Source of the DNA: Macrostomum lignano
Taxonomy: Eukaryota
Assembly (NCBI GenBank): GCA_002269645.1
Contig: NIVC01000280.1
Span: 124,001 to 188,000, forward strand
Direction: 5' to 3'
DNA: 64,000 bases
Of the stretch, positions 11,561-22,112 are shown one piece after another. Position 1 is the stretch's first letter, and each line of letters opens with the position of its first letter. Under the pieces are notes generated by a model, which was given only the letters and a program-made list of their open reading frames with translations, did not search any database and had not been told where the DNA came from. Both the position numbers and the translations under genes were made by a program.

Positions 11561-12311
11561 TCAACTACCCAGTCCCGCGTACTCCGGTCGCACAGGGTCC
11601 CTGACCAGCAGATTGAATGCCTCTGCACCATCTGGCCCATCGTCATGTTGAACGTCCTGAAGGAGCTCTTCCTCAGGGACAGGTGGCAGCGGCCACTTGT
11701 TGATCACTGGGACCAGATTACCACCTGAGAAAGTTTAAAGTTAAGTCTTTAGGAACGAAAGCTCACGAGATCAAACCTGTCGATCCTCATGAACAGAATG
11801 AACTACATGTAAATTCAGTAGTTAGTTACAGACAATACAACAAAACATTAGAGCTCTCACCGAAAGGTTCGGGACTGCCAATGCTGATTTTACCGCTGTC
11901 ACAACCATCATTGTTAATGTTTCCAGACTCAACATCTGTTCTTGACCAGGTGAGCAGCTTGTCCTGACGCTTCTGTCTAACCAAAGTCACCAATCGGTAC
12001 AACAACATTCCGAAAGCCGCCATACCAGCAAGCGCCAGTAGTGCAATTATGCTCGGCGTCAGTCTCTCTGTCGAGGGATTTTGCGACGTACTAATGACGT
12101 GGTTCATTGTCGAGTCTGTGGAAATCTGACCAATCCATCCAGTGGTCAAAGCGTCGAACTTTGGTAGAGGCTGAAGTTGCACGCACATGCTGATGCTGGG
12201 GTCGAAGCGCTGATTGACCGGGCAGTCTGCTGTTCTTGTTGCATCATTCAAAGCCGCAACCATTAGCAATAACAGGGACCAGGTCTCCCATGGTGACTTG
12301 AAAATCAGCAT
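11561..12311 (-). CDS. Two-exon type I membrane protein with minimal Cys module (cluster gene D); exons 11861-12311 and 11561-11724
   Basis: Signal peptide; CPVNQRFDPSISMC; TM IIALLALAGMAAFGMLLY. Phase-1 donor TTCG|gtgaga (11861/11860) matches acceptor tttctcag|GT (11725/11724), adding GGNLVPVINKWPLPPVPEEELL...VRPEYAGLGS-stop. Confidence 0.8.
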
Positions 12312-12916
12312 ACTTTATTGTTAACTCTGGGAATATCAAACAAAAGTATTTCAAACAATTTTATATTGAGCTCGTGTTAACGTTCTATTAATAGAGACAG
12401 GGCAACTCGGCGTCATGACTCATTCAAGAAAAATTTAATTCATTAATGACTCAAAGCACCACTTGTTCGTTTGCTTCTATGCAGAAACTATTTTAGTCAA
12501 TGACAGGCCCACAAGCCAAGAATACTGAAATATGAGATAAAATTATGAATGAACGAACTACAATGATGCAACGTTATTCGACGTTAAAATTTCGCCAGGT
12601 CACACGCTCCTCGTATTTTCGGCGATGATGAATGCCTAGTCACCAAAAGAGCACTTCTACATGTAAAAGCGCTGTTCGAAATGAAAAAGACATCAAAATA
12701 CTGTGGATTCTAAGGTGTGCTTAAGCAGTCTCTCAAAGTTTTTCGGGTCCAAAGCTATGAGTTATGCTTTCTCTACATAATCTTCCCGCTTAATACCAGT
12801 TCAAATTTTTGAGTTGCAAACTTTTGTACAATAGATACGAGATCAAAATCATATATCTGAGTCTGCTACGTCTCTTGTCTCTATTTCGTCCTAGAAGGTG
12901 GAATGAGTAGAACTAG

Positions 12917-13855
12917 TCATGAGTGAGTCATGAGCAGAACTGGTGATGGGTGAGTCATGAGAAGAGCTGGTGATAGTTGAGTCATGAGCAGAGCTGGTGA
13001 TGGGTGAGTCATGAGCAGAGCTGGTGGTGGGTGAGTCATGAGCAAAACTGGTGATAGGTGGGTCATGAGCAGAGCTGGTGATGAGTGGGTCATGAGCAGA
13101 GCTGGTGATAGGTGGGTCATGAGCAGAGCTGGTGATGAGTGAGTCATGAGCAGAGCTGGTGATGGGTGAGTCATGAGCAGAGCTGGTGATGAGTGAGTCA
13201 TGAGCAGAGCTGGTGATGAGTGAGTCATGAGCAGAGCTGGTGATGGGTGAGTCATGAGCAGAGCTGGTGATGGGTGAGTCATGAGCAGAGCTGGTGATAG
13301 GTGGGTCATGAGCAGAGCTGGTGATAGGTGAGTCAGGAGCAGAGCTGGTGATAGGTGAGTCATGAGCAGAGCTGGTGATGGGTGAGTCATGAGCAGAGCT
13401 GGTGATAGGTGAGTCATGAGCAGAGCTGGTGATAGGTGGGTCATGAGCAGAGCTGGTGATGGGTGAGTCAGGAGCAGAGCTGGTGATGAGTGGGTCATGA
13501 TCAGAGCTGGTGATGAGTGGGTCATGATCAGAGCTGGTGATAGGTGAGTCAGGAGCAGAGCTGGTGATGAGTGGGTCATGATCAGAGCTGGTGATAGGTG
13601 AGTCAGGAGCAGAGCTGGTGATGAGTGGGTCATGATCAGAGCTGGTGATAGGTGAGTCAGGAGCAGAGCTGGTGATGAGTGGGTCATGATCAGAGCTGGT
13701 GATGAGTGGGTCATGATCAGAGCTGGTGATAGGTGAGTCAGGAGCAGAGCTGGTGATGAGTGGGTCATGATCAGAGCTGGTGATGAGTGGGTCATGATCA
13801 GAGCTGGTGATGGTGAGTCATGAGCAGAGCTGGTGATGGTGAGTCATGAGCAGAA
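12917..13855. repeat. 27-bp minisatellite (GTGAGTCATGAGCAGAGCTGGTGATGG), ~35 units
   Basis: Tandem units read directly; many carry TGAGTCA. Confidence 0.97.
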
Positions 13856-14339
13856 CTAGTTGCATTAAGACGATAGCAAGATAACACTAAATACCAAGTC
13901 AGCTCGAACAGTTGGCATTGAAATTAGCTATTCTGAAGAGATTACAGACCCATTATGAAATTAATCTATGACACGCTGCTTCGGCCGTGTCATCGAAAAA
14001 GTGCACAATCAATAAGAAATATATACTGTTATATTGTGCCCCGAAAGGGCCGTTTTCTGTTTCAACAGCGGCGATTAAATTAAGCAAACGAAAAAGAAGA
14101 ATTCACATTAATGTAAAGTAATTTCGATTTCTTAAAAACTGTTGTTAGAATGAATGCTCTGACAAAACAGAAAAAACTTTCAAAAATACTTTCTGTGGAA
14201 AATAATACTGAATGAACGAAGATTGCATAATCAATACGAGCGTAATAGTTATCAATAATAATATTTGATTAGACCTGCCCCAATTCGCCAGATGTGCAAA
14301 CGACAGCTCAGCCGCAGCTATTGCGCAGTAGGGGGGGAG

Positions 14340-14512
14340 TCGCCACACACACCCTCAGTTACCCCAGCTAATGCTGGCACCCACTTTACAGCTGGGTGAA
14401 CTGAAGCAACGCAGAACTAAGCATCTTGCTCAAGGACACAAATTGTTCCGAGTGGGTCGAGAATCGAACCCCCGACCTTTCAGTCGTGAGTCTGACGCTC
14501 TAACCACTAGGC
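14340..14512 (-). mobile_element. tRNA-derived SINE with a conserved central domain (V/Meta/Nin-like, family uncertain)
   Basis: Minus strand has A box TAGTGGTTAGAGCG and B box GGTTCGATTCT, followed by GTGTCCTTGAGCAAG...TTGCTTCAGTTCACCCAGCTGTAAAGTGGGTGCC; related partial copy at 33744-33802. Confidence 0.75.
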
Positions 14513-14743
14513 AACAATCCCACTAGGCTACAACCCCCACAAGGCTACAACCCCCACAAGGCTACAACCCCCTCTAGGCTACAACCCCCTCTAGGCTACA
14601 ACCCCCTCTTGGCTACAATAGATGGAGGGTTGTAGCCAATAGTCGAGAATGCTTCTAGCATTTTATGATTCATTCAAATATGAATAGATTACCGTGCATA
14701 TTCAACAATCGCAGAGCCAAATCTTCTATAAAAAAGCATGCAT

Positions 14744-15457
14744 TTAAGCTGAGTCATGGGTACTCTCAGGACATGCAGATCTACGAACTGACCCATTTTT
14801 CTGATACACAATCGAATTCATAACTGTGTTCGCTCGCTGCTCGTTTCCATGGTGATTTGCAGGCTGACTCGCTGACGCAAATTCGCGCTCTTCTGTCTGC
14901 TGAGAAGCTGGAGAGTCGGTTCCAGCTGACTGGCCGGCTGCTGCATCGTGTTGGTTGCCATCGCAACTCGGATGTAGAAACGATCTACGCTCTTCATCAC
15001 AAGGCGACGCTGCTACGTCGGTGTTGACATCAGGTGGAACTGAAGCTGATGAGCCCTTTGCGGCCTGCCTTTCTCCCTGCCTGGCTCTGACAAACTTCGT
15101 GTACAGCAGAATGAGAGCCAGGATTTGAACTGTCAGAAGACCAGCAAGCACGAGCGCACCGATGACGATCCAAATGGTTGATTCACCAGCTGCCTGAGCT
15201 GGTGAGCTCGCTGTAGCGTCTGGACGCCACTCGTCAGGGGCGCCTCTCCGCTCGCCTGTCGAGTTGGCAACGCAGCAGACTGGATGGTTGCGACAGGTGC
15301 TCAGGTAGTGCAGGTGGACTTGGATTTCCGGTGAAGGCAGCGGGCAGCGGAGGCACATCTGCTGGCCCGAGTCGAAATACTCGCCAGCCTTTGAGCAGGT
15401 GTTGCCGTAAGCTTGAGCAGCTAGCAGCAATGTGATTAGAACTGACAAGATACTCAT
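14744..15457 (-). CDS. Intronless single-CRD TNFR-like type I membrane protein (cluster gene E)
   Basis: Signal peptide; CSKAGEYFDSGQQMCLRC...CRNHPVCC (6 Cys); TM IWIVIGALVLAGLLTVQILALILLY; ~115-aa tail. Confidence 0.88.
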   Translation of the reverse strand: MSILSVLITLLLAAQAYGNTCSKAGEYFDSGQQMCLRCPLPSPEIQVHLHYLSTCRNHPVCCVANSTGERRGAPDEWRPDATASSPAQAAGESTIWIVIGALVLAGLLTVQILALILLYTKFVRARQGERQAAKGSSASVPPDVNTDVAASPCDEERRSFLHPSCDGNQHDAAAGQSAGTDSPASQQTEEREFASASQPANHHGNEQRANTVMNSIVYQKNGSVRRSACPESTHDSA

Positions 15458-16280
15458 GTTGAAGTCTTGAAAATTTTTTGTAAGGTTAGCTCTGTGAATC
15501 TTTCAAATTTTGTCATACTGGAGCTCAGTAAAATAATGAGTCAGTTCCAGGTACAATGTACAGTAAATGCTTGACTGATAATCTATTTTTACCCATTACC
15601 CGTCTCAACTTCGGTCAGTGACAGTGTTTCAATCTGAGAGCGCTGTGACACAGTTGAGCACACAAGAGAGCTCATTGCTGTGTACTCAGAACTGCACAGT
15701 GCAGAGTACAGTGAGAGAAATTAGCGGTGTATCTCAACGGTAATGGTTGTGTACTGCCCTAACAATGTTTTTAGATTAGCTATTCAGTACATGTACTGGA
15801 CACTTTTTATAGATTATTTTCTTTGTTTATTTTCCTTAAATTTCTACTGTCAGTAGAGTAACAGATAAAAGTTTAGTATAATTTAGACCAGGTGTTTTTG
15901 TTGTACGAAAATGTATCTAGATACGTACATTGTAAGCTTTTTTAATCTTAAAGACTCGTGATTACCTTCAAAAGATTCAAACAAAAAAGGTCGTTAAAAC
16001 GCTCAAGGAAAGTACAGAGGCTTCGGTCTGCCTGGTTCGTCTTATACATGTATTTCAAATTAGGTTAGGGAAATCACCGAGATTGCTGTTGGTTCTGCAG
16101 TGAGTCAAACCGAATTGTAGAAAATCAAGCTTCCGAAAAATGCTCTGAAATTAACCTAACATGAATAACATAAATAACCGATCAGGACAAATAAATTATT
16201 TGGCTTTTTGATTGACAGTGCACAACAGAGAAAAATATGGGAGATTATTTCTTGGATAGTATAGCCAGCTTTAAGCGAGT

Positions 16281-16949
16281 TTAAGATGTGACAGCAAAGG
16301 CAGTCTCGTAGGTACCAGTCGTGTCTTCATCACCATCAGCATAAACGGGTCGGTTCCGATCTTCCAGAGCAGTCTGGAGCAGCTGCAGGCTCGCCTCTCC
16401 ATCTCGGTCTTCAGGAAAGCCGCTGCCTGTCACGGAGCCGGGCGCGCCGCCAGTGATTTCTGCGGCGTTTCCGTCCTCCTCGCCTGTCCTGAAGTCGTGC
16501 GGTAATTCTTGGCTCTTGTGAGAAAACTTCCACACACCGAGCATGATCAAAGCAATGGCCAGGACAGGAGCGGCTGCGCCGAAAACCATCCAACTGGTTG
16601 ACATCCCCTGGGCCTGGAGCGGTGAGCTCAAAGTTGTGGTGCCGCTGCTGCAACTGCTGCTGCTGCTGCTGCTGCTGTGCGGCGGCTTCCAGCTGGGAAC
16701 AGCTGTCGACCCGGATGTTGTGTTGGCAACGCAGCAGACTGGATGGTCGCGACAGGTGCTGAGGTAGTGCAGGTGGATTAGGATTTCCGATGAAGGCAGC
16801 GGGCAGCGGAGGCACATCTGCTGGCCCGGGTCGAAGTACTCGCCAGCCTTTGAGCAGGTGCGGTTGCCAGCTTGTGCGGCGAGCAGCAGTGTGAATAGAA
16901 TTGAAAAGCTGACGGCGGCAGCTTTATTGATTTTGCACATGAAGATCAT
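16281..16949 (-). CDS. Intronless single-CRD TNFR-like type I membrane protein (cluster gene F); ectodomain like E/G, tail like H
   Basis: Likely start at ATG 16949 or 16940; signal peptide; CSKAGEYFDPGQQMCLRC...CRDHPVCC; poly-Ser stalk; TM WMVFGAAAPVLAIALIMLGVW; tail FSHKSQELPH...NRPVYADG. Confidence 0.85.
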   Translation of the reverse strand: MIFMCKINKAAAVSFSILFTLLLAAQAGNRTCSKAGEYFDPGQQMCLRCPLPSSEILIHLHYLSTCRDHPVCCVANTTSGSTAVPSWKPPHSSSSSSSSCSSGTTTLSSPLQAQGMSTSWMVFGAAAPVLAIALIMLGVWKFSHKSQELPHDFRTGEEDGNAAEITGGAPGSVTGSGFPEDRDGEASLQLLQTALEDRNRPVYADGDEDTTGTYETAFAVTS

Positions 16950-17298
16950 CGTTTTTGAGTTGTCTGAAGATTTTATTAAGCACTTGACAAGTTTAATGTC
17001 TGCTTTTAAAGGTTTATCTAGACTAAGACAAGTAAAATTTAGTTCCAAGTCCAAAAAGGTTTTTCCGCGGAAAAACCGTATGGTTGCACGTACATTTATT
17101 TCTATTTATAGAGAATTCGTCACTTAGGGGCTTTCAGACAGAGATAGGCAGAGCCACTCACTGTGTGTTGAGCGAGATGGAGCGCCATTGTGTCAAGGAC
17201 TACTTAAGTATTTATTCTGATATTTGTACAAGGCTGTTACGCAAAAAATGGTTGAATTCAATCAGTTTTATACAATCGCAGTTTGTAAATTTTTAAGA

Positions 17299-18650
17299 TC
17301 AATTTTCAGCATTTTCAACAGAGCTGAGACGCTCATAGCCAGCATCTGAGGAGCTGTCGATTACCTCCTGAGGCTCAGGGGCGGCAGTTGTTGCGGCTCG
17401 AGGCTGCCGATTGCAGCGCCAGACCATCACCACCAGCAGCCCCAGGAGAAGGACCACCGCTGACCAAGAAGCGACCAGCAAAACCATCAATGCAAACTGA
17501 GTGTCAGTCCTGTCAGTCTCACCGGTTGACAGCGTAGATGGCGTCCCGCTGGGGTTCGAACTGGCGGACCGCAGTTCTGCCCTGGTCGCTCCGTCGGGGC
17601 ATCGGACGCAGAGGTTCTGGCCGGGGTCGTAGCAGCGGCCTGTGGGGCGGGGAGAGGCGGGGGTCGCTAAAGAAATTCTGAAGTCAATTTTGCAGTGGCG
17701 AATGGCGCGGCCCGGGAACTTTATGGGGAATATCGGGAGGGAGTGGTGAATATTGAGGATGGGGGATATCGGGGATGGGGGATATCGGGGATGGGATATC
17801 GGGGATGGGGGATATCGGGGATGGGATATCGGGGATGGGGGATATCGGGGATGGGGAAAATCGGGGATGAGGAAAATCGGGATGGGGATATCGGGGATGG
17901 GGGATATCGGGGATGGGGGATATCGGGGATGGGATATCGGGGATAGGGGATATCGGGGATGGGATATCGGGGATGGGGGATATCGGGGATGGGGGAATCG
18001 GGGATGGGTAAAATCGGGGATGGGGGATATCGGGGATGGGATATCGGGGATGGGGGATATGAAAGTATTGGGAATATCAGGGGATGGAAATATCGGGGAT
18101 GGAGAGTATCAGGGATGGGAAAAATCGGGGATGGGGGATATCGGGGATGGGGGATATCGGGGATGGGATATCGGGGATGGGGGATATCGGGAATGGGGGA
18201 TTTCGGGGATGGGGGATATCGGGGATGGGGGATATCGGGGATGGGATTTCGGGGATGGGGGATATCAGGGATGGGAATTAAATAAAAAGGGAGTTATCGG
18301 AGATTGGGAATAACTGGGGATGGTGAATATTGGGGGGATGGGGTTTCTTGGAACACTGCTCGAGCTTAGTTAATGTTGACTAGATTATTAGTAAAAAACA
18401 TTTTTTACAACTTTCCAAAGCAATGGAGCAATGGAAAATTTCTATAAATTAGCTCGTAGTGTTGCAATACATATGAATATTTGCGTCACTTTTAATTTTA
18501 GAAACAACACACGTGTGCACATAAGAAAGGGAATAACGTCAAATAGCTTGAAATAAAATTTTATCTGCTTGAAAAAAATTAAAAGAAAAAATATTTCGAA
18601 ATGCTTGACTCACCTGGCCGCCCGGAGCAGACAGCAGACTCAGACAGCAT
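17299..18650 (-). CDS. Predicted two-exon, signal-peptide-less single-CRD membrane protein (cluster gene I); exons 18614-18650 and 17299-17639, ~125 aa
   Basis: ATG...CCAG|gtgagt (phase 1) joins the pyrimidine-rich acceptor cgcctctccccgccccacag|GC, giving MLSESAVCSGRPGRCYDPGQNLCVRC...TM(LMVLLVASWSAVVLLLGLLVVMVW)...PQEVID...YERL. An alternative in-frame acceptor lies at 17666. Confidence 0.7.
17750..18330. repeat. G-rich satellite (GGGGATATCG variants) inside the predicted intron of gene I
   Basis: Tandem imperfect units. Confidence 0.95.
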
Positions 18651-18691
18651 AGCGACAGACAGCTTGCAGCTGAATTCCCAGCGCGCCCAGG

Positions 18692-18697
18692 TTTATA
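18692..18697 (-). promoter_or_regulatory. Candidate TATA box (TATAAA) for gene I
   Basis: TATAAA on the minus strand ~42 nt upstream of ATG 18650. Confidence 0.45.
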
Positions 18698-19144
18698 AGC
18701 TTTTGAGGCCAAGTCAGAGATAAGATAGCAAACATGGAGTTTAGTTGGGTGTAATATTTTTAGAGGAAATATATAATTTTTGGTCAAAGTTAGCGATCAA
18801 TAAATTAATTTATTAAAAATAAATATACTCAGCAACATTGAAAAGTCGCCACTCTATGCGCCACCAGTTAGCGATTTCTCTTGGACTGTTCTGAAATCAA
18901 AGATACGAGAAAACTGATCGGGGTAGCTTTAATCTGTAGCGTTAACCCTCGCACACCGCACCCCCCACTTCATTCCTCAACTCAAGTCTGCCCAGGCGTA
19001 GCTAATTTGCGTCACTCGCAAAGATTGAGAGACTTCACCTGCACTCACTCTCAATCTTCTGTGATGGCGACTTTTCGATGTTGCTGAATATACGAGTATT
19101 TGACGTTAGACAAGTGGTCTCTAGGCTGAATATCAAAAAAGCTG

Positions 19145-20135
19145 TTAGTTGATGACGGCAGGCTTGTGACGATGGCAGCTACTCGCATGGATTTGTAGGC
19201 TGGCTGGTCTGCGTGACTCTTTGCTGAGATTCCGCAGATTCCGCAGATTCCGCATGTTCCGCAGATTCCGCATGTTCCGCAGATTCCGCAGATTCCGCAG
19301 ATTCCGCAGATTCCGCATGTTCCGCAGATTCCGCATGTTCCGCAGATTCCGCAGATTCCGCAGATTCCGCAGATTCCGCAGATTCCGCATGTTCCGCAGA
19401 TTCCGCAGATTCCGCAGATTCCGCAGATTCCGCATGTTCCGCAGATTCCGCAGATTCCGCAGATTCCGCAGATTCCGCATGTTCCGCAGATTCCGCAGAT
19501 TCCGCAGATTCCGCAGATTCCGCAGATTCCGCAGATTCCGCAGATTCCGCATGTTCCGCAGATTCCGCAGATTCCGCATGTTCCGCAGATTCCGCAGATT
19601 CCGCATGTTCCGCAGATTCCGCAGATTCCGCATGTTCCGCAGATTCCGCATGTTCCGCAGATTCCGCAGATTCCGCAGATTCCGCATGTTCCGCAGATTC
19701 CGCAGATTCCGCAGATTCCGCATGTTCCGCAGATTCCGCATGTTCCGCAGATTCCGCAGATTCCGCAGATTCCGCATGTTCCGCAGATTCCGCAGATTCC
19801 GCAGATTCCGCATGTTCCGCAGATTCCGCATGTTCCGCAGATTCCGCAGATTCCGCAGATTCCGCATGTTCCGCAGATTCCGCAGATTCCGCAGATTCCG
19901 CATGTTCCGCAGATTCCGCAGATTCCGCAGATTCCGCAGATTCCGCATGTTCCGCAGATTCCGCAGATTCCGCAGATTCCGCAGATTCCGCATGTTCCGC
20001 AGGCACCGCAGGCAGTTTACCAGAGGTCGAGGCTGGTTAGCATTGAATAGTTGAATATCATCACCCTGCTGTCCTTGATCTTCCTTCTCTTGACGCCTGT
20101 TAGATCGCGTTGAACGACGCTTGCAATAGCAAACG
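19145..20135 (-). pseudogene. 5'-truncated, frameshifted paralog of gene H with an expanded 9-bp (SAE/HAE) repeat
   Basis: CYCKRRSTRSNRRQ matches H. CGACC-TCTGGT versus CGACCGTCTGGT in H is a 1-nt deletion near 20025. About 86 units of GCAGAATCT/GCGGAACAT type. No signal peptide, CRD or TM. Confidence 0.85.
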
Positions 20136-20214
20136 TGCATACCGTTTAACGGTTACAGATTACCGTGCATATTCAACAATCGCAGAGCCAAATCTTCTAT
20201 AAAAAAGCATGCAT

Positions 20215-20928
20215 TTAAGCTGAGTCATAGGTACTCTCAGGATATGCAGATCTACGAACTGACCCATTTTTCTGATACACAATCGAATTCATAACTGTGT
20301 TCGCTCGCTGCTCGTTTCCATGGTGATTTACAGGCTGACTCGCTGACGCAAATTCGCGCTCTCCTGTCTGCTGAGAAGCTGGAGAGTCGGTTCCAGCTGA
20401 TTGGCCGGCTGCTGCATCGTGTTGGTTGCCATCGTAACTCGTATGTAGAAACGATCTACGCTCTTCATCACAAGGCGACGCTGCTTCGTCGGTGTTGACA
20501 TCAGGTGGGACAGAAGCTGATGAGCCCTTTGCGGCCTGCCTTTCTCCCTGCCTGGCTCTGACAAACTTCGTGTACAGCAGAATGAGAGCCAGGATTTGAA
20601 CTGTCAGAAGACCAGCAAGCACGAGCGCACCGATGACGATCCAAATGGTTGATTCATCGGCTGCCTGAGCTGGTGAGCTCACTTTAGCGTCTGGACGCCA
20701 CTCGTCAGGGGCGCCTCTCGGCTTGCCTGTCGAGTTGGCAACGCAGCAGACTGGATGGTCGCGACAGGTGCTCAGGTAGTGCATGTGGACTTGGATTTCC
20801 GGTGAAGGCAGCGGGCAGCGGAGGCACATCTGCTGGCCCGAGTCGAAGTACTCGCCAGCCTTTGAGCAGGTGTTGCCGTAAGCTTGAACAGCTAGCAGCA
20901 AAGTGAATGGAATTGACAAGATGCTCAT
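20215..20928 (-). CDS. Intronless single-CRD TNFR-like type I membrane protein (cluster gene G), recent duplicate of gene E
   Basis: Same length as E with 25 nt differences in 714 nt (manual count); flanks are also duplicated. Confidence 0.88.
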   Translation of the reverse strand: MSILSIPFTLLLAVQAYGNTCSKAGEYFDSGQQMCLRCPLPSPEIQVHMHYLSTCRDHPVCCVANSTGKPRGAPDEWRPDAKVSSPAQAADESTIWIVIGALVLAGLLTVQILALILLYTKFVRARQGERQAAKGSSASVPPDVNTDEAASPCDEERRSFLHTSYDGNQHDAAAGQSAGTDSPASQQTGEREFASASQPVNHHGNEQRANTVMNSIVYQKNGSVRRSAYPESTYDSA

Positions 20929-21376
20929 GTTGAAGGTCTTGATGACTTTTAATAACAATTTCTGTAAGGTTAGGTCTGTGACTTTTTCAACTTTTCAGAG
21001 CTCAGAAATATAATGAGTCAGTTCCAGGTTCAATTTACAGTGAATGCTTCACTTAGAATCTATTTATATCCATTACTCGTCTCAACACTGGTCAGCGGTA
21101 GTGCTCAATCTGAGAGCACTGTGGTACACTTGAATACTCAGAGAGCTCATTGCTGTGTACTCAGGACTGCACATTGCAGAGTACAGTGAGGGCAATTAGC
21201 GGTGTACCTCAACGGTAACTGTTGTGTAGTGATTTGATAATACATTTATTATCTATTAATTATTAATAATTTATTAGTACTTTTTGCGTATTTTCCTTTC
21301 GTTTTTTCCATATGCGGTTGACGTGCTGATGAAATTTGGAGGCTTGGCAAGGCTGCACTGAGGCACAGTGCTGATT

Positions 21377-21503
21377 GGCGCACAGGGGTGTACTGAATAC
21401 ACTAGCGCTTATGTGGAAAATCCGACCTTCTGGCAGAATCGTTGAATATCTCGACGGTCCTGAGGACTGGCGACTTGATTCCTGTTTGAGAAGGTGCGCA
21501 ACA
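21377..21503. mobile_element. Dispersed repeat; inverted copy at ~31628-31757
   Basis: caggggtgtactgaatacact...gttgaatatctcgacggtcc...gaaggtgcgcaac is the reverse complement of 31628-31757. Absent from the paralogous flank at 15760-16000. Confidence 0.7.
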
Positions 21504-22112
21504 AAAAGTTAGCCCGTCTTCTTGAATTTCGTGTGCCTGTGTTGCTCCGTTCCGGCGCAGCAAAAAAATTGTCAGGGGGTCCCCCTTTTGGTAGTTTGAC
21601 GGGAGGAAAAATGGCTCGCATTGCAAAGCCGCGCCCACACCATTGCAGAGCAGTTTACAATTCAGAAGTTCAGGAGGCGAGAAATTGGGAATTTAGTTCT
21701 AAAAATTATGAAATCTCCCCAATAAATTTCGCAACGCAACGATTTTTTTCAGTCCACCATGAGTAATCGTACGAGTATGGCTTATGCATTCGAACTGGTT
21801 TAGTTTAAGTTTAAAGAAAGTACAGAGGCTTCTGTCTGCCAGGTTCGTCTTATACATGTATTTCAAATTAGGTTAGGGAAATCACCGAGATTGCTGTTGG
21901 TTTTGCAATAAATCAAACCGAATTGTAAAAAAAATCAAGCTTTATCTGACTGAAAAATGCTCTGAAATGAACATAACATGAATAACCGATCAGGACAAAT
22001 TATTTGGCTTTTTGATTGAAAGTGCATAACAAAGAAAAATATGGGAGATTATTGCTTGGATAATACAGTCAACTTTAAGCGAAGTTAGGTGTGACGCCTA
22101 AGGCACAGACTC

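Noticed and set aside
18539-18787. ORF segment CLSLCCLSLLSAPGGQ as a signal peptide for gene I
   Set aside because: It would need a phase-0 junction, but both available acceptors (17639, 17666) are phase 1. The phase-1 ATG at 18650 fits.
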